From a virus: 30,815 nt of DNA. Shown piece after piece: positions 8,851-18,880 of this stretch. The translations under genes were made by a program, and so were the position numbers. Each line of letters starts with the position of its first letter. Within the stretch, counting starts at the first letter, position 1. The stretch lies in the UHGV virus genome UHGV-0021747; one strand, written 5' to 3'. The notes below the pieces were generated by a model. The model had not been told where the DNA came from. It ran no database searches and was given only the letters and a program-made list of their open reading frames with translations.

Positions 8851-9307
8851 GATCGTCCTTTTTGCGCTTCGTAAGTTTGCTATTGCTTCTAATGCATCGC
8901 TGACTGATGTTGAGCCGCAATCAATTGAAGATGGTGTAAATGATCTGGAAGATATGATGTCCGAGTGGATGATTAACCCCGGCGACATTGGTTACGCTTT
9001 CGCAACTGGAGATGAGCAGCCATTACCAGATGATGAGTCAGGTCTTCCAAGAAAATACAAACACGCAGTAGGCTATCAGTTATTGCTGAGAATGCTATCT
9101 GATTACAGCCTTGAACCAACTCCGCAAGTTCTCAGTAACGCCCAACGCTCATATGATGCCTTGATGACCGACACTCTGGTTGTTCCTTCAATGCGACGAC
9201 GTGGAGATTTTCCTGTAGGACAGGGTAATAAATATGACGTGTTTACATCTGACCGATATTATCCAGGCGATCTCCCTCTGATTGATGGCGATATCCCAAA
9301 CGCATAG
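8825..9307 (+). CDS. Head completion / tail accessory factor (P22 gp4-like)
   Basis: N-terminus [42 protein letters not shown] aligns with P22 gp4 as recalled. Confidence 0.85.
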   Translation: [160 protein letters not shown]

Positions 9308-9315
9308 GTGAATAA

Positions 9316-10734
9316 ATGCCGATTCAGCAACTTCCGCTTATGAAAGGTGTCGGCAAAGACTTCCGAAACGCCGACTATATCGACTATCTGCCAGTGAATA
9401 TGTTGGCTACCCCCAAAGAAATACTCAACAGCAGCGGATATCTTCGCTCATTCCCGGGCATTGCCAAACGCTCTGATGTGAACGGTGTATCTCGCGGCGT
9501 AGAGTACAACATGGCGCAGAGTGCTGTTTATCGCGTGTGTGGTGGCAAGCTGTACAAAGGCGAAAGTGAAGTCGGTGATGTTGCCGGAAGTGGTCGCGTA
9601 TCAATGGCGCATGGTCGGACATCACAGGCGGTAGGCGTTAATGGTCAACTGGTCGAGTATCGCTATGATGGCACGGTTAAAACCGTCTCAAACTGGCCTA
9701 CTGACAGCGGATTCACACAGTACGAGTTAGGTTCAGTTCGCGACATTACGCGCTTACGTGGGCGTTATGCGTGGTCAAAAGACGGAACTGATTCATGGTT
9801 TATCACTGACCTAGAAGACGAATCGCATCCTGACCGATACAGCGCACAATATCGCGCAGAATCGCAGCCGGACGGCATCATCGGCATCGGCACATGGCGA
9901 GACTTCATCGTCTGCTTTGGTTCATCGACGATTGAATATTTCTCCCTGACTGGTGCAACCACCGTTGGTGCTTCTTTGTATGTTGCGCAACCATCGCTGA
10001 TGGTGCAGAAAGGCATTGCCGGAACTTACTGCAAAACGCCATTCGCTGATTCGTATGCGTTTATCAGCAATCCGGCAACGGGTGCGCCGTCTGTATACAT
10101 CATCGGATCAGGTCAGGTATCACCAATCGCCAGCGCGAGCATTGAGAAAATACTACGCTCCTACACTGCTGATGAACTGGCTGATGGCGTGATGGAGTCT
10201 CTGCGATTTGATGCGCATGAGCTGCTGATTATCCATCTTCCGCGCCATGTTCTCGTGTACGACGCATCTTCAAGCGCCAATGGTCCGCAATGGTGTGTGC
10301 TGAAAACGGGCCTGTATGACGATGTGTACCGCGCTATCGACTTCATTTACGAAGGCAATCAGATAACGTGCGGCGATAAGCTGGAGTCCGTGACCGGGAA
10401 ATTGCAATTCGATATCAGCAGCCAGTACGACAAGCAACAGGAACACCTGCTGTTTACTCCGTTGTTCAAAGCGGATAACGCCAGAGTGTTCGACCTTGAG
10501 GTTGAATCGTCAACTGGCGTTGCGCAGTACGCCGACCGCCTGTTCCTCTCTGCAACCACTGACGGAATAAATTACGGACGTGAGCAGATGATTGAGCAGA
10601 ATGAACCGTTCGTTTACGACAAACGCGTTTTGTGGAAGCGAGTCGGGCGCATCAGGAAAAATGTCGGCTTCAAATTGCGCGTTATCACGAAGTCACCTGT
10701 CACTCTGTCTGGCGCTCAGATAAGGATTGAGTAA
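9316..10734 (+). CDS. Tail accessory factor (P22 gp10-like)
   Basis: 472 aa, and reads as near-identical over long stretches to P22 gp10 as I recall it ([11 protein letters not shown]..., [20 protein letters not shown]...). Confidence 0.9.
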   Translation: MPIQQLPLMKGVGKDFRNADYIDYLPVNMLATPKEILNSSGYLRSFPGIAKRSDVNGVSRGVEYNMAQSAVYRVCGGKLYKGESEVGDVAGSGRVSMAHGRTSQAVGVNGQLVEYRYDGTVKTVSNWPTDSGFTQYELGSVRDITRLRGRYAWSKDGTDSWFITDLEDESHPDRYSAQYRAESQPDGIIGIGTWRDFIVCFGSSTIEYFSLTGATTVGASLYVAQPSLMVQKGIAGTYCKTPFADSYAFISNPATGAPSVYIIGSGQVSPIASASIEKILRSYTADELADGVMESLRFDAHELLIIHLPRHVLVYDASSSANGPQWCVLKTGLYDDVYRAIDFIYEGNQITCGDKLESVTGKLQFDISSQYDKQQEHLLFTPLFKADNARVFDLEVESSTGVAQYADRLFLSATTDGINYGREQMIEQNEPFVYDKRVLWKRVGRIRKNVGFKLRVITKSPVTLSGAQIRIE

Positions 10735-11582
10735 TGGCGGATTCGAATCTCAATGTGCCGGTAATCATTCAGGCTACACGGCTCGACACATCAGTCCTTC
10801 CACGCAATATCTTCTCGCAGTCGTATCTGCTTTACGTTATCGCACAGGGCACTGATGTTGGTAACGTGGCTAACAAGGCCAACGAGGCCGGACAGGGCGC
10901 TTATGATGCACAGGTCAGGAACGATGAGCAGGATGTGATTCTCGCTGACCATGAGCAGCGAATTTCTGCTGCGGAAGCAACGCTTGTTAATCATGAGGAG
11001 CGAATCAGCCAGGCAGAATCAACTCTTCAGGAACATGAAACACGAATAGCGCAGAATGAAAGCGATATTGCGTCGCTTGATACCAGAGTTCAGTCGCTGG
11101 AATCGCAGGTTTCAGACCATGAAACGCGCATCGATGCTCTGGAGTATGCCACTACTCGAAAGAAGTCAGAGGTTGTTTACTCTGGCGTATCAGTAACCAT
11201 CCCGACAGCGCCGACCAACCTTGTTAGCCTGCTGAAAACGCTCACGCCGTCATCCGGGACGTTGGCACCATTCTTCGACACTGTTAACAACAAGATGGTT
11301 GTGTTCAACGAGAACAAAACCTTGTTCTTCAAGCTGTCGATCGTCGGGACGTGGCCCAGCGGAACCGCCAACAGGTCAATGCAGCTAACCTTTTCCGGCT
11401 CTGTTCCTGACACACTGGTAAGCAGTCGCAACTCGGCGACAACGACCGATAACATCCTGTTAGCTACGTTTTTCAGCGTGGATAAAGACGGCTTTCTTGC
11501 CGCAAATGGCAGTACGTTAACCATCCAGTCAAATGGTGCGGCGTTTACTGCCACAACCATCAAGATAATCGCGGAGCAGTAA
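10734..11582 (+). CDS. Tail needle (P22 gp26-like) with C-terminal knob domain
   Basis: Conserved N-terminal tip, a heptad coiled-coil segment (repeated DHExRI...), and an extra C-terminal domain of about 100 aa as in Sf6/HK620-type needles. Confidence 0.85.
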   Translation: MADSNLNVPVIIQATRLDTSVLPRNIFSQSYLLYVIAQGTDVGNVANKANEAGQGAYDAQVRNDEQDVILADHEQRISAAEATLVNHEERISQAESTLQEHETRIAQNESDIASLDTRVQSLESQVSDHETRIDALEYATTRKKSEVVYSGVSVTIPTAPTNLVSLLKTLTPSSGTLAPFFDTVNNKMVVFNENKTLFFKLSIVGTWPSGTANRSMQLTFSGSVPDTLVSSRNSATTTDNILLATFFSVDKDGFLAANGSTLTIQSNGAAFTATTIKIIAEQ

Positions 11583-12037
11583 TGATTCAGTTCAAACCAA
11601 CGCGAAACATCGACCTGATCGAAGCAGTCGGAAATCACCCTGACATTATTGCCGGGAGCAACAACGGTGATGGATACGACTACAAACCTGATTGCCGTTA
11701 CTTTGAGGTGAACGTGCACGGGCAGTTCGGCGGCATTGTTTACTATCAGGAGATTCAGCCGCTTACATTCGATTGCCACGCCATGTACCTGCCAGAGATT
11801 CGCGGATTCAGCAAGGAAATCGGGCTGGCGTTCTGGCGATACATTCTGACTAACACCACCGTTCAGTGCGTCACATCGTTCGCTGCACGCAAATTCCGCC
11901 ACGGTCAGATGTATTGCGCGATGATTGGCCTTAAGCGTGTAGGAACCATCAAGAAATACTTCAAAGGCGTGGATGACGTGACTTTTTACAGCGCCACACG
12001 CGAAGAACTAATAGACTTCCTGAATCACGGGAGATAG
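11582..12037 (+). CDS. Virion assembly protein, positional equivalent of P22 gp14
   Basis: 151-aa ORF between the needle and gp7; assigned by synteny only. Confidence 0.5.
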   Translation: MIQFKPTRNIDLIEAVGNHPDIIAGSNNGDGYDYKPDCRYFEVNVHGQFGGIVYYQEIQPLTFDCHAMYLPEIRGFSKEIGLAFWRYILTNTTVQCVTSFAARKFRHGQMYCAMIGLKRVGTIKKYFKGVDDVTFYSATREELIDFLNHGR

Positions 12038-12039
12038 CC

Positions 12040-12732
12040 ATGTTATATGCATTTAAGCTGGGCAGAAAACTGCGCGGCGAGGAACCTTATTGCCCTGAAA
12101 AAGGCGGGAAAGGTGGCAGCTCTGATAAAAGCGCAAAGTATGCCGCAGAAGCTCAGAAGTATGCAGCAGACCTGCAAAATCAGCAGTGGCAGACGATCAT
12201 GAAAAACCTTGCTCCGTTCACGCCGCTTGCGGAGCAGTATGTTAACCAGCTTCAGAACCTTTCCAGTTTAGAAGGTCAGGGGCAGGCACTTAATCAGTAT
12301 TACAATTCTCAGCAGTATAAAGACCTTGCAGGTCAGGCTCGTTACCAGAGTCTTGCTGCTGCGGAGGCGACGGGTGGACTTGGTTCGACAGCCACAAGCA
12401 ATCAACTGGCTACGATCGCGCCGACACTCGGTCAGTCTTGGTTATCAAATCAGATGAGCAATTACAACAATCTGGCAAACGTTGGGCTTGGTGCGCTGCA
12501 AGGTCAGGCAAACGCTGGGCAGACATACGCCAACAACATGAGCAGCATTGCACAGCAAAGCGCAGCACTTGCCGCTGCTAATGCCAATAAATCATCAAGT
12601 CTTCAGACTGCAATTAGCGGTGGCACGTCTGGTGCGATTGCCGGTGCAGGTCTTGCCAGCCTTTTGGGAACATCAACGCCTTGGGGCGCTGGCATTGGTG
12701 CTGGTATCGGATTGCTTGGCTCGTTGTTTTAA
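12040..12732 (+). CDS. Ejection (internal virion) protein, P22 gp7-like
   Basis: Position plus composition: Gln/Ala/Gly-rich with a Gly-rich hydrophobic C-terminus. Confidence 0.75.
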   Translation: MLYAFKLGRKLRGEEPYCPEKGGKGGSSDKSAKYAAEAQKYAADLQNQQWQTIMKNLAPFTPLAEQYVNQLQNLSSLEGQGQALNQYYNSQQYKDLAGQARYQSLAAAEATGGLGSTATSNQLATIAPTLGQSWLSNQMSNYNNLANVGLGALQGQANAGQTYANNMSSIAQQSAALAAANANKSSSLQTAISGGTSGAIAGAGLASLLGTSTPWGAGIGAGIGLLGSLF

Positions 12733-12741
12733 GGGGTAATC

Positions 12742-14130
12742 ATGGCTACTTGGCAAGGAACAAACGGCGGATTGTTGGCTGGTATCGGCGGCGTCAACTC
12801 AAACGCTCCAAGCGTAAATGACATCGGCAATACGCTTCAGCTTATCAGGCAGAACAATGATATTGAGCGTTCAGGCGCTAACAATGTTGGGCTGACTGCT
12901 TTGCAAGGCCTTTCAGGTATTGCAGGGGTGTTTCAGCAGGAAAAGCAGGCTCAGCGGCAGAAAGAATTTCAGCAGGCATACGCTAATGCTTATGCGTCTG
13001 GTGATCGCGGTGCTTTGCGCCAGTTGGCTACTCAATATCCAGACCAGATTGAATCCGTTCGTAAAGGCATGGGATTCATTGATGAAGATCAGCGTAATTC
13101 TATCGGCACCTTAGCGGCTGGCGCACGCCTTGCATCATCGTCTCCAGAAGCAATGCAATCATGGCTGCAAAACAACGCCAAGGAACTGACTCGCGTCGGT
13201 GTTGACCCTAACAGCGTTGCTCAGATGTATCAGCAGAATCCTTCAGGATTTGGTGAGTTTGTTGATCACCTTGGAATGGCTGCTCTTGGTCCGATTGATT
13301 ACTTCAATGTTCAGGACAAGATGGCAGGTCGTGAGATTGACCGAGGCAGGCTGGCAGAGACAATCCGCAGCAATCAGGCTGGAGAGGCGCTAACAGCACG
13401 AGGTCAGAACATCACGATGCGCGGTCAGGACTTATCTGCTTCTACTGCGCGACGAGGTCAGGATTTGGCTATGCAGCGAGCGTCAACAAGAGGAATCGCT
13501 GGGAATGATGAGCGTACAGTTCAGTTATCAGATGGCAGAACTGTAACGGTAGGCGGGAAGCTTCACGGAGCTGGGGCTAATGCGTTCTACGAAGGCATCG
13601 ACAACGAGGGGAATATGGTTCGCGTCCCTGCCAGTTCAATCGCTGCGCCTGCAACATCGTCTGCATCAGCACAAAACTATGCCATGAAGAAGGATATCGA
13701 CGCGATCGCAAATGCAGACGCTTCTGCTCTCGATTTCATGACAGGAATGACCGGCGGTGCAGGTAACCCGGCAATTGGTGCTGATGTTCGCAGCCGATTA
13801 ACAGGAAAAGAGCAGCGCCAGTTATATAACTCAGCACAACGTATTCAGGGCAGAATGCAGAATCAGGGTGTGGCGGCAGCAAGGGACATGGGTGCCAGTG
13901 GTATTAACACCGTTGCAGAAGCGAAGATGTATTTTCAGGGGATGCCGCAGGTTGACTATTCAAGCCCGGAGGCTATGCAGCAGTCGATTCGTGAGATTCA
14001 GGAATACACCAACAATTACAACCAACAATATAACGTTACTGTTGGTAAATCTCAGCGGCAGCAATCTCAACCTGCACAGGTATCACAGCCAGCAGCCAGC
14101 AGTAACTTTTCTTCACTATGGGGTGATTAA
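12742..14130 (+). CDS. Ejection protein, P22 gp20-like
   Basis: 462-aa ORF in the conserved position; composition typical of E-proteins. Confidence 0.75.
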   Translation: MATWQGTNGGLLAGIGGVNSNAPSVNDIGNTLQLIRQNNDIERSGANNVGLTALQGLSGIAGVFQQEKQAQRQKEFQQAYANAYASGDRGALRQLATQYPDQIESVRKGMGFIDEDQRNSIGTLAAGARLASSSPEAMQSWLQNNAKELTRVGVDPNSVAQMYQQNPSGFGEFVDHLGMAALGPIDYFNVQDKMAGREIDRGRLAETIRSNQAGEALTARGQNITMRGQDLSASTARRGQDLAMQRASTRGIAGNDERTVQLSDGRTVTVGGKLHGAGANAFYEGIDNEGNMVRVPASSIAAPATSSASAQNYAMKKDIDAIANADASALDFMTGMTGGAGNPAIGADVRSRLTGKEQRQLYNSAQRIQGRMQNQGVAAARDMGASGINTVAEAKMYFQGMPQVDYSSPEAMQQSIREIQEYTNNYNQQYNVTVGKSQRQQSQPAQVSQPAASSNFSSLWGD

Positions 14131-16127
14131 TGGCTAAAGCATGGAAAGATGTTATCGCCTCTCCACAGTATCAGGCGTTAGCACCAGAACAAAAAGCGCA
14201 GGCTCAGGAGCAATACTTCAATGAAGTCGTGGCCCCGCAAGCCGGAGAAAATGCAGAGCAGGCTAAGCAAGCTTTCTATGCTGCCTATCCATTGCCATCT
14301 GTGCAGCAAGTGGAGACACAGCAACCAGTTGCACAGCAACAACCACAGCAAAGTGGATTTATGTCTGATCTTGGCGAAGCAGTAAAAGAGACTGGTCGCG
14401 GACTGGTGCAGGCTGGCGTGAACGTGGCAAACATACCTGCATCAGTTGCCGATGCTGTAACAAGCGCGGCGGCTTGGGCTGGCGGTAAACTCGGCATTGG
14501 CGATGGTACATATCAACCAGCGCCACGAGTAACAACGCAGGGATTAGAGCAGGACTTTGGCCTTCAGCAAGGCGCGCTGACTCCACAAACGACAGAGGGA
14601 AGGGTATTTGCTGAAGCATTGCCTTACCTCACTCCTGCTGGCGTTGAGAGAGCGGCAACACAGGCACCAACACTTGCTGGTCGAATTGCTCAGGGGGCAA
14701 CTCGCCTTCTAGCAGAAAACGCAGTTGGATCACTTGCTGCAAATAGTGCGAAAGATGATGCGGAAGCACTCGCTACCGATTTAGGTGTTGGAGTTCTGGC
14801 AGGCGGCGCTATTAACGCTGCTGGACGTGGATTAGGTGCTGCTTATCGTGGTGTTCGTGGTTCGATATCACCCGAAGCGCAACAGGCTATCAAGTTTGCA
14901 GAGCGTGAAGGCGTGCCTCTGCACACCACAGACCTGTTACAACCGACTTCCCGCATCGGTAAAATGGCGCAGACGACAGCGGAAAATATCCCTCTGGCTG
15001 GCACAAGCGGAATGAGAGCAACGCAACAGGAAGCGAGAAGCCAGTTGGTGCAGAGATTTGCTGATAAATTCGGTGAGTATGATCCAGCTGTTGTTATTGA
15101 CAGCCTTAAAGCGAAAACATCAGGAATTCGTCGTGCTGCAGGGAACCGTCTTGAGCAGGTTCAGAATGCAATGGCGGGAGTCAATATCCAGCCTGCTCGA
15201 GCAATTCAGCAGATTGATACAGAAATATCTAACCTGCAGAAGCTTGGTAAGGTCGCCGATAACGAGACTATTTCAAAACTTCAGTCCTATCGTGATGAGC
15301 TTGTTCGCAATGCTGGTCCTGATGGTCCGGTAAATCTGGATTTGAAGCAATTAAGCGACCTGCGCAGCCAGTTCAGAATGGACGTGAAGGGTGAGCGACC
15401 AGTGTTACCAAACCGTTCCGATGCTGCCATTCAGCGCGTTTACAAGGCGATGACAGACGATATCAATGGTGCCATTGGTCAGAATCTTGGCAACGATACT
15501 CTCCGTAAATATCAGCAGGCCAATGCCGTATACGCTGACGAAGCGGCGAAACTAAAGAATACCAGGCTGAAGAATGTTCTCATGAAAGGCGATCTGACGC
15601 CGGAAGTTGTCAACAACATGCTATTCAGCAAGAACAAATCGGAAATTAAGACTCTGTATAACTCAGTTGGTCGTGTTGGCAGGGCGCAAATGCGCAATGG
15701 CATCATTGGAAAGGCGATGGAGAAATCAGGTGGTTCCCCTGACCAGTTCCTTCGGCAGCTTAACATCCTGCAAAACCAGACTGGCATCACATTTAAAGGT
15801 CAGGAAGCCGCTTATCTGAAAGGATTGAAAAACTACCTGCAATCCACGCAGCAGGCTGCAAAAGCGGCAGTAACAACACCAACAGGGCAGCAAACCATCC
15901 CGTTCATTATCGGGTATGGGACGGCAATGAACCCGGCGACAACTGCCGCAGCGGTAAGCTACGGACTTCTTACTCGCGCCTATGAGAGCGAGCCATTCAG
16001 AAATGCAATGCTCCGAATGGCAAACACCCCACGCGGATCAACAGCGTTTGAGAAAGCCATGCAGCAGGCGCAAAAGGCCATTAACGCCCTGACTCAAGGT
16101 GCCAAGTCTGATGCGTTGTCAGAATAG
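14130..16127 (+). CDS. Ejection protein, P22 gp16-like
   Basis: 665-aa ORF in the conserved position, coupled to the upstream gene by an ATGA overlap. Confidence 0.75.
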   Translation: MAKAWKDVIASPQYQALAPEQKAQAQEQYFNEVVAPQAGENAEQAKQAFYAAYPLPSVQQVETQQPVAQQQPQQSGFMSDLGEAVKETGRGLVQAGVNVANIPASVADAVTSAAAWAGGKLGIGDGTYQPAPRVTTQGLEQDFGLQQGALTPQTTEGRVFAEALPYLTPAGVERAATQAPTLAGRIAQGATRLLAENAVGSLAANSAKDDAEALATDLGVGVLAGGAINAAGRGLGAAYRGVRGSISPEAQQAIKFAEREGVPLHTTDLLQPTSRIGKMAQTTAENIPLAGTSGMRATQQEARSQLVQRFADKFGEYDPAVVIDSLKAKTSGIRRAAGNRLEQVQNAMAGVNIQPARAIQQIDTEISNLQKLGKVADNETISKLQSYRDELVRNAGPDGPVNLDLKQLSDLRSQFRMDVKGERPVLPNRSDAAIQRVYKAMTDDINGAIGQNLGNDTLRKYQQANAVYADEAAKLKNTRLKNVLMKGDLTPEVVNNMLFSKNKSEIKTLYNSVGRVGRAQMRNGIIGKAMEKSGGSPDQFLRQLNILQNQTGITFKGQEAAYLKGLKNYLQSTQQAAKAAVTTPTGQQTIPFIIGYGTAMNPATTAAAVSYGLLTRAYESEPFRNAMLRMANTPRGSTAFEKAMQQAQKAINALTQGAKSDALSE

Positions 16128-16216
16128 CTTCGCAAACACCAGGAACGTGCAAAAACCAAATATGTAGAACGCAATATTCAGCATATCTCTTTGCATAAAT
16201 CCTCCGTAACTGATAG

Positions 16217-16510
16217 TTAGCTGCTGTCTTTTTTATATAGCTCTTTGAGCGTATCAAAGACAATTTTCTTTACCATATCGGATTGTTGTTCTGCCATACG
16301 CTCTGCATCGTCAATGTAAACTGATGCAGAGCTTTGTTTAGTCAATGATTCTTCAATCGCTGCAATTATCTCTGAGTTCAGCGACCTGTTATTCATCTTC
16401 GCACGCTGTTTAATTTTCGCGTGAAGTTCATGCGGAAGTCTCAAGTGAAACTGCGCCTCGTCGTATTTGCTGTACATCCTTGATGCCTCACCAGTTGGGT
16501 GGAATGGCAT
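16217..16510 (-). CDS. mnt: Mnt-like ribbon-helix-helix repressor (likely start at the internal Met, 16477)
   Basis: C-terminal half ...RSLNSEIIAAIEESL...DDAERMAEQQSDMVKKIVFDTLKELYKK matches P22 Mnt closely as recalled; the N-terminal DNA-recognition strand differs. Confidence 0.8.
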   Translation of the reverse strand: MPFHPTGEASRMYSKYDEAQFHLRLPHELHAKIKQRAKMNNRSLNSEIIAAIEESLTKQSSASVYIDDAERMAEQQSDMVKKIVFDTLKELYKKDSS

Positions 16511-16550
16511 CGTAACCTACTGGATAAATACTCAATAGTACCATTTCGGT

Positions 16551-16573
16551 ATGCAATCACATCATGGTTGCAT
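16551..16573. promoter_or_regulatory. Inverted repeat ATGCAA-N11-TTGCAT between mnt and tailspike; candidate operator
   Basis: Seen directly in the sequence; sits in the divergent mnt/tailspike intergenic region. Confidence 0.3.
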
Positions 16574-16598
16574 CATATCATTCGTCTGGAGCAATGAA

Positions 16599-17090
16599 AT
16601 GTCAGATATCACCGCAAATGTTGTGGTAAGCATGCCTTCGCAACTCTTCACTATGGCTCGTTCTTTTAAAGCCGTAGCCAATGGCAAAATTTATATCGGT
16701 AAAATTGGCACTGACCCGGTAAATCCTGAAAACCAGATTCAGGTTTATGTGGAAAACGAAGACGGTTCTCACGTTCCTGTTGCACAGCCAATCATCATTA
16801 ACGCTGGCGGGTATCCTGTATATAACGGACAGATTGCCAAATTCGTAACTGTGCAAGGCCATTCTATGGCTGTATACGATGCGTACGGTTCTCAGCAGTT
16901 CTATTTTCCGAATGTGCTGAAGTATGACCCTGACCAGTTTGAGCAAAGGTTCATGGATGAAATTAGTTCGCCAGACGGTTACAAAATAATAGGTGGGTTA
17001 GAGGTCAGGCTTTCTGTATACGATATAGCTGCTGCTGATGGTGAAAGAAATAGCGATCAGTTGAATTCTTTTTTTGCTGAGTTTAAATGA
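16599..17090 (+). CDS. Tailspike N-terminal head-binding domain, ending at an in-frame TGA
   Basis: [11 protein letters not shown]...[34 protein letters not shown]...[15 protein letters not shown]...NVLKYDPDQ matches the P22 gp9 N-terminal domain as recalled. GGAG Shine-Dalgarno 8 nt upstream of the ATG. Confidence 0.85.
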   Translation: MSDITANVVVSMPSQLFTMARSFKAVANGKIYIGKIGTDPVNPENQIQVYVENEDGSHVPVAQPIIINAGGYPVYNGQIAKFVTVQGHSMAVYDAYGSQQFYFPNVLKYDPDQFEQRFMDEISSPDGYKIIGGLEVRLSVYDIAAADGERNSDQLNSFFAEFK

Positions 17091-17096
17091 ACTCCA

Positions 17097-18845
17097 GTGA
17101 AAATCTACTCAACTATGCCACTGACTTTCACTATCGACAAAGAGACAACGTTATACGGAGATTTTGATCTCAGCAATTGCACGTTCAACCTGGCTGGCGG
17201 TAAGATTGTTTATGCTGATGAGAGAGACGCATCTACATACATTAAAGATTTTACACCATCAGCATATCCATTAAACGAGCTAACTTCCGCGCTAACATTT
17301 ACAGAGTCAACCACTGGATGGGATAATTCCTTAGTTAAGATGTCTGGTACTGAAATTGACTTGTACCGATTGCTTGGCAGCACTTTCACGCCAAAATACA
17401 AAGGTGAAGTTAACCTACTAACCAAAGGAAGTGATTTAGCGTATACATTTAAGAATACATACAACTCTTCACTTATCTGTACTTTATATAAGCTGCCTGT
17501 GCGAAGGACTGTCATTGTATTGCCTAAGTTATCAGGGACGTTTACTGGCACGGCTGTTGATATCAAAAGGTCTATGGTTGATGTAAGGGTTAATTATGAT
17601 AATACCTTAGGAGCAATACCCATCAACTCTGCAATTTTTGGTAGTAGTAATACATACGGTGTTAATTGGTATTTGTGCTCATCGGGGATGACACAACCTG
17701 ATTCTGAATCTCGCTACACATTGACTCTAGAGTTTACTCTGAAGCATTCTTTTTTTAGCACTGTTGTTGGGAAAGGGTGGCGTTCTATTGATGGTAATTA
17801 TAGCCGTGACACTGTGGTAAGAGATTGCACTGTTGATAGCTTCAATCTTCATTATGGATCGTCTAAGGTTTTGATAGACAATTGCAGGATAATTAATGGC
17901 GCGGCTTTTGGTACTGGCGCTTTTGATGAATCAACGCAGATTATAAACTCAGATATTGGTCCCTTTGGGATTCGCACTGACTATGGAGAGCATAAGGGGG
18001 ATTTTATTGTCAAAGGGGGTTCGGTAAGAATATCATCGGACAAAACTGGGCTTGTAGATCTCTTCACATGCAGGTGTGATAATGTTGTTTCCACTGGTAG
18101 CCCTGTTCAGCCTAGAGCATTAAATCTGCCAAAAAATGTAATTATATCTACAAATATCTACTGGCCTGACGCAGTCACACTTAACATTGTTTCATTTAAA
18201 AATAATTTTAAGACACAAAATAGCATTATTCGTGATTTCATTATGCCTGGCGTTATAGATTTCTCCGGAAGCACCTTTAATGGTAAAAATGCAAGATTTG
18301 AGTGGGCCATCTCTTACCATGATTCAACTTCCAGAGAAATATCAATAGTCAATCTGACACCTGCGAAATCAATTGTTTGTAAGGTTTTAGCTTATATTGG
18401 ATACCTGAATGAGTATGCATCATGCCTTTATGGTCTTGAGAGCAATATGGACATAACTTTCATGAACTTTACGTCTGGAATGTCTCGCAGCTATATTAGG
18501 CTGGAAGGTGGGGTGCTGCGCAGGTTTGTTGGTTACTCCGGAGGGACAACCTATATGTTAGGAAGCGTGTATTTTGATAAGTCGTTGATAGATTGGGATT
18601 CAAGCAATAACCTAGTTTCAGGACTTATGTCGGTGTCTGATTGCCTTATAGACGGAACGAGGGCCAAAGGAACATCGTCCAGTAAGCCTGTTGTAAATAC
18701 ATTCGTGCACAGATCTGCAAATAATATTTGCCATGAAATTATTGCTACAGACTCAAGGGATGTGGTTGATAAGAAGTTCGCTTTATGCAGCAGGGAAGGT
18801 GCAGCAGGCAACTTCTCTACAGGAGAAATACCTATCTCTTACTAA
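17097..18845 (+). CDS. Putative tailspike receptor-binding (beta-helix-like) module, in frame with 16599..17090 across one TGA
   Basis: Same frame as the upstream ORF; no Shine-Dalgarno before GTG 17097 or ATG 17115. AT-rich, Ser/Thr/Asn/Gly/Ile-rich composition typical of tailspike beta-helix domains. Confidence 0.55.
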   Translation: MKIYSTMPLTFTIDKETTLYGDFDLSNCTFNLAGGKIVYADERDASTYIKDFTPSAYPLNELTSALTFTESTTGWDNSLVKMSGTEIDLYRLLGSTFTPKYKGEVNLLTKGSDLAYTFKNTYNSSLICTLYKLPVRRTVIVLPKLSGTFTGTAVDIKRSMVDVRVNYDNTLGAIPINSAIFGSSNTYGVNWYLCSSGMTQPDSESRYTLTLEFTLKHSFFSTVVGKGWRSIDGNYSRDTVVRDCTVDSFNLHYGSSKVLIDNCRIINGAAFGTGAFDESTQIINSDIGPFGIRTDYGEHKGDFIVKGGSVRISSDKTGLVDLFTCRCDNVVSTGSPVQPRALNLPKNVIISTNIYWPDAVTLNIVSFKNNFKTQNSIIRDFIMPGVIDFSGSTFNGKNARFEWAISYHDSTSREISIVNLTPAKSIVCKVLAYIGYLNEYASCLYGLESNMDITFMNFTSGMSRSYIRLEGGVLRRFVGYSGGTTYMLGSVYFDKSLIDWDSSNNLVSGLMSVSDCLIDGTRAKGTSSSKPVVNTFVHRSANNICHEIIATDSRDVVDKKFALCSREGAAGNFSTGEIPISY

Positions 18846-18851
18846 AGGTCA

Positions 18852-18875
18852 AGCCATGCGCTAACGCATGGCTTC
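18852..18875. terminator. Bidirectional terminator hairpin between the convergent tailspike and acyltransferase genes
   Basis: Perfect palindrome agccatgcg-ctaa-cgcatggct followed by ctaattttac on the + strand. Confidence 0.5.
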
Positions 18876-18880
18876 TAATT

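Noticed and set aside
10920-11160. Periodic DNA repeats resembling a tandem-repeat array
   Set aside because: These encode the heptad coiled-coil repeats of the tail needle (DHEQRIS, NHEERIS, EHETRIA, DHETRID); they are not a CRISPR array or a non-coding repeat.
11177-11902. 241-aa ORF on the minus strand
   Set aside because: Entirely antisense to the tail needle and gp14-like genes, which have strong homology and synteny support; composition is not protein-like. Treated as a spurious antisense ORF.
16551-16598. Upstream extension of the tailspike ORF ([16 protein letters not shown]...)
   Set aside because: The conserved tailspike N-terminus begins at [10 protein letters not shown] (16599), which has a GGAG Shine-Dalgarno; the extension lies over the candidate operator.
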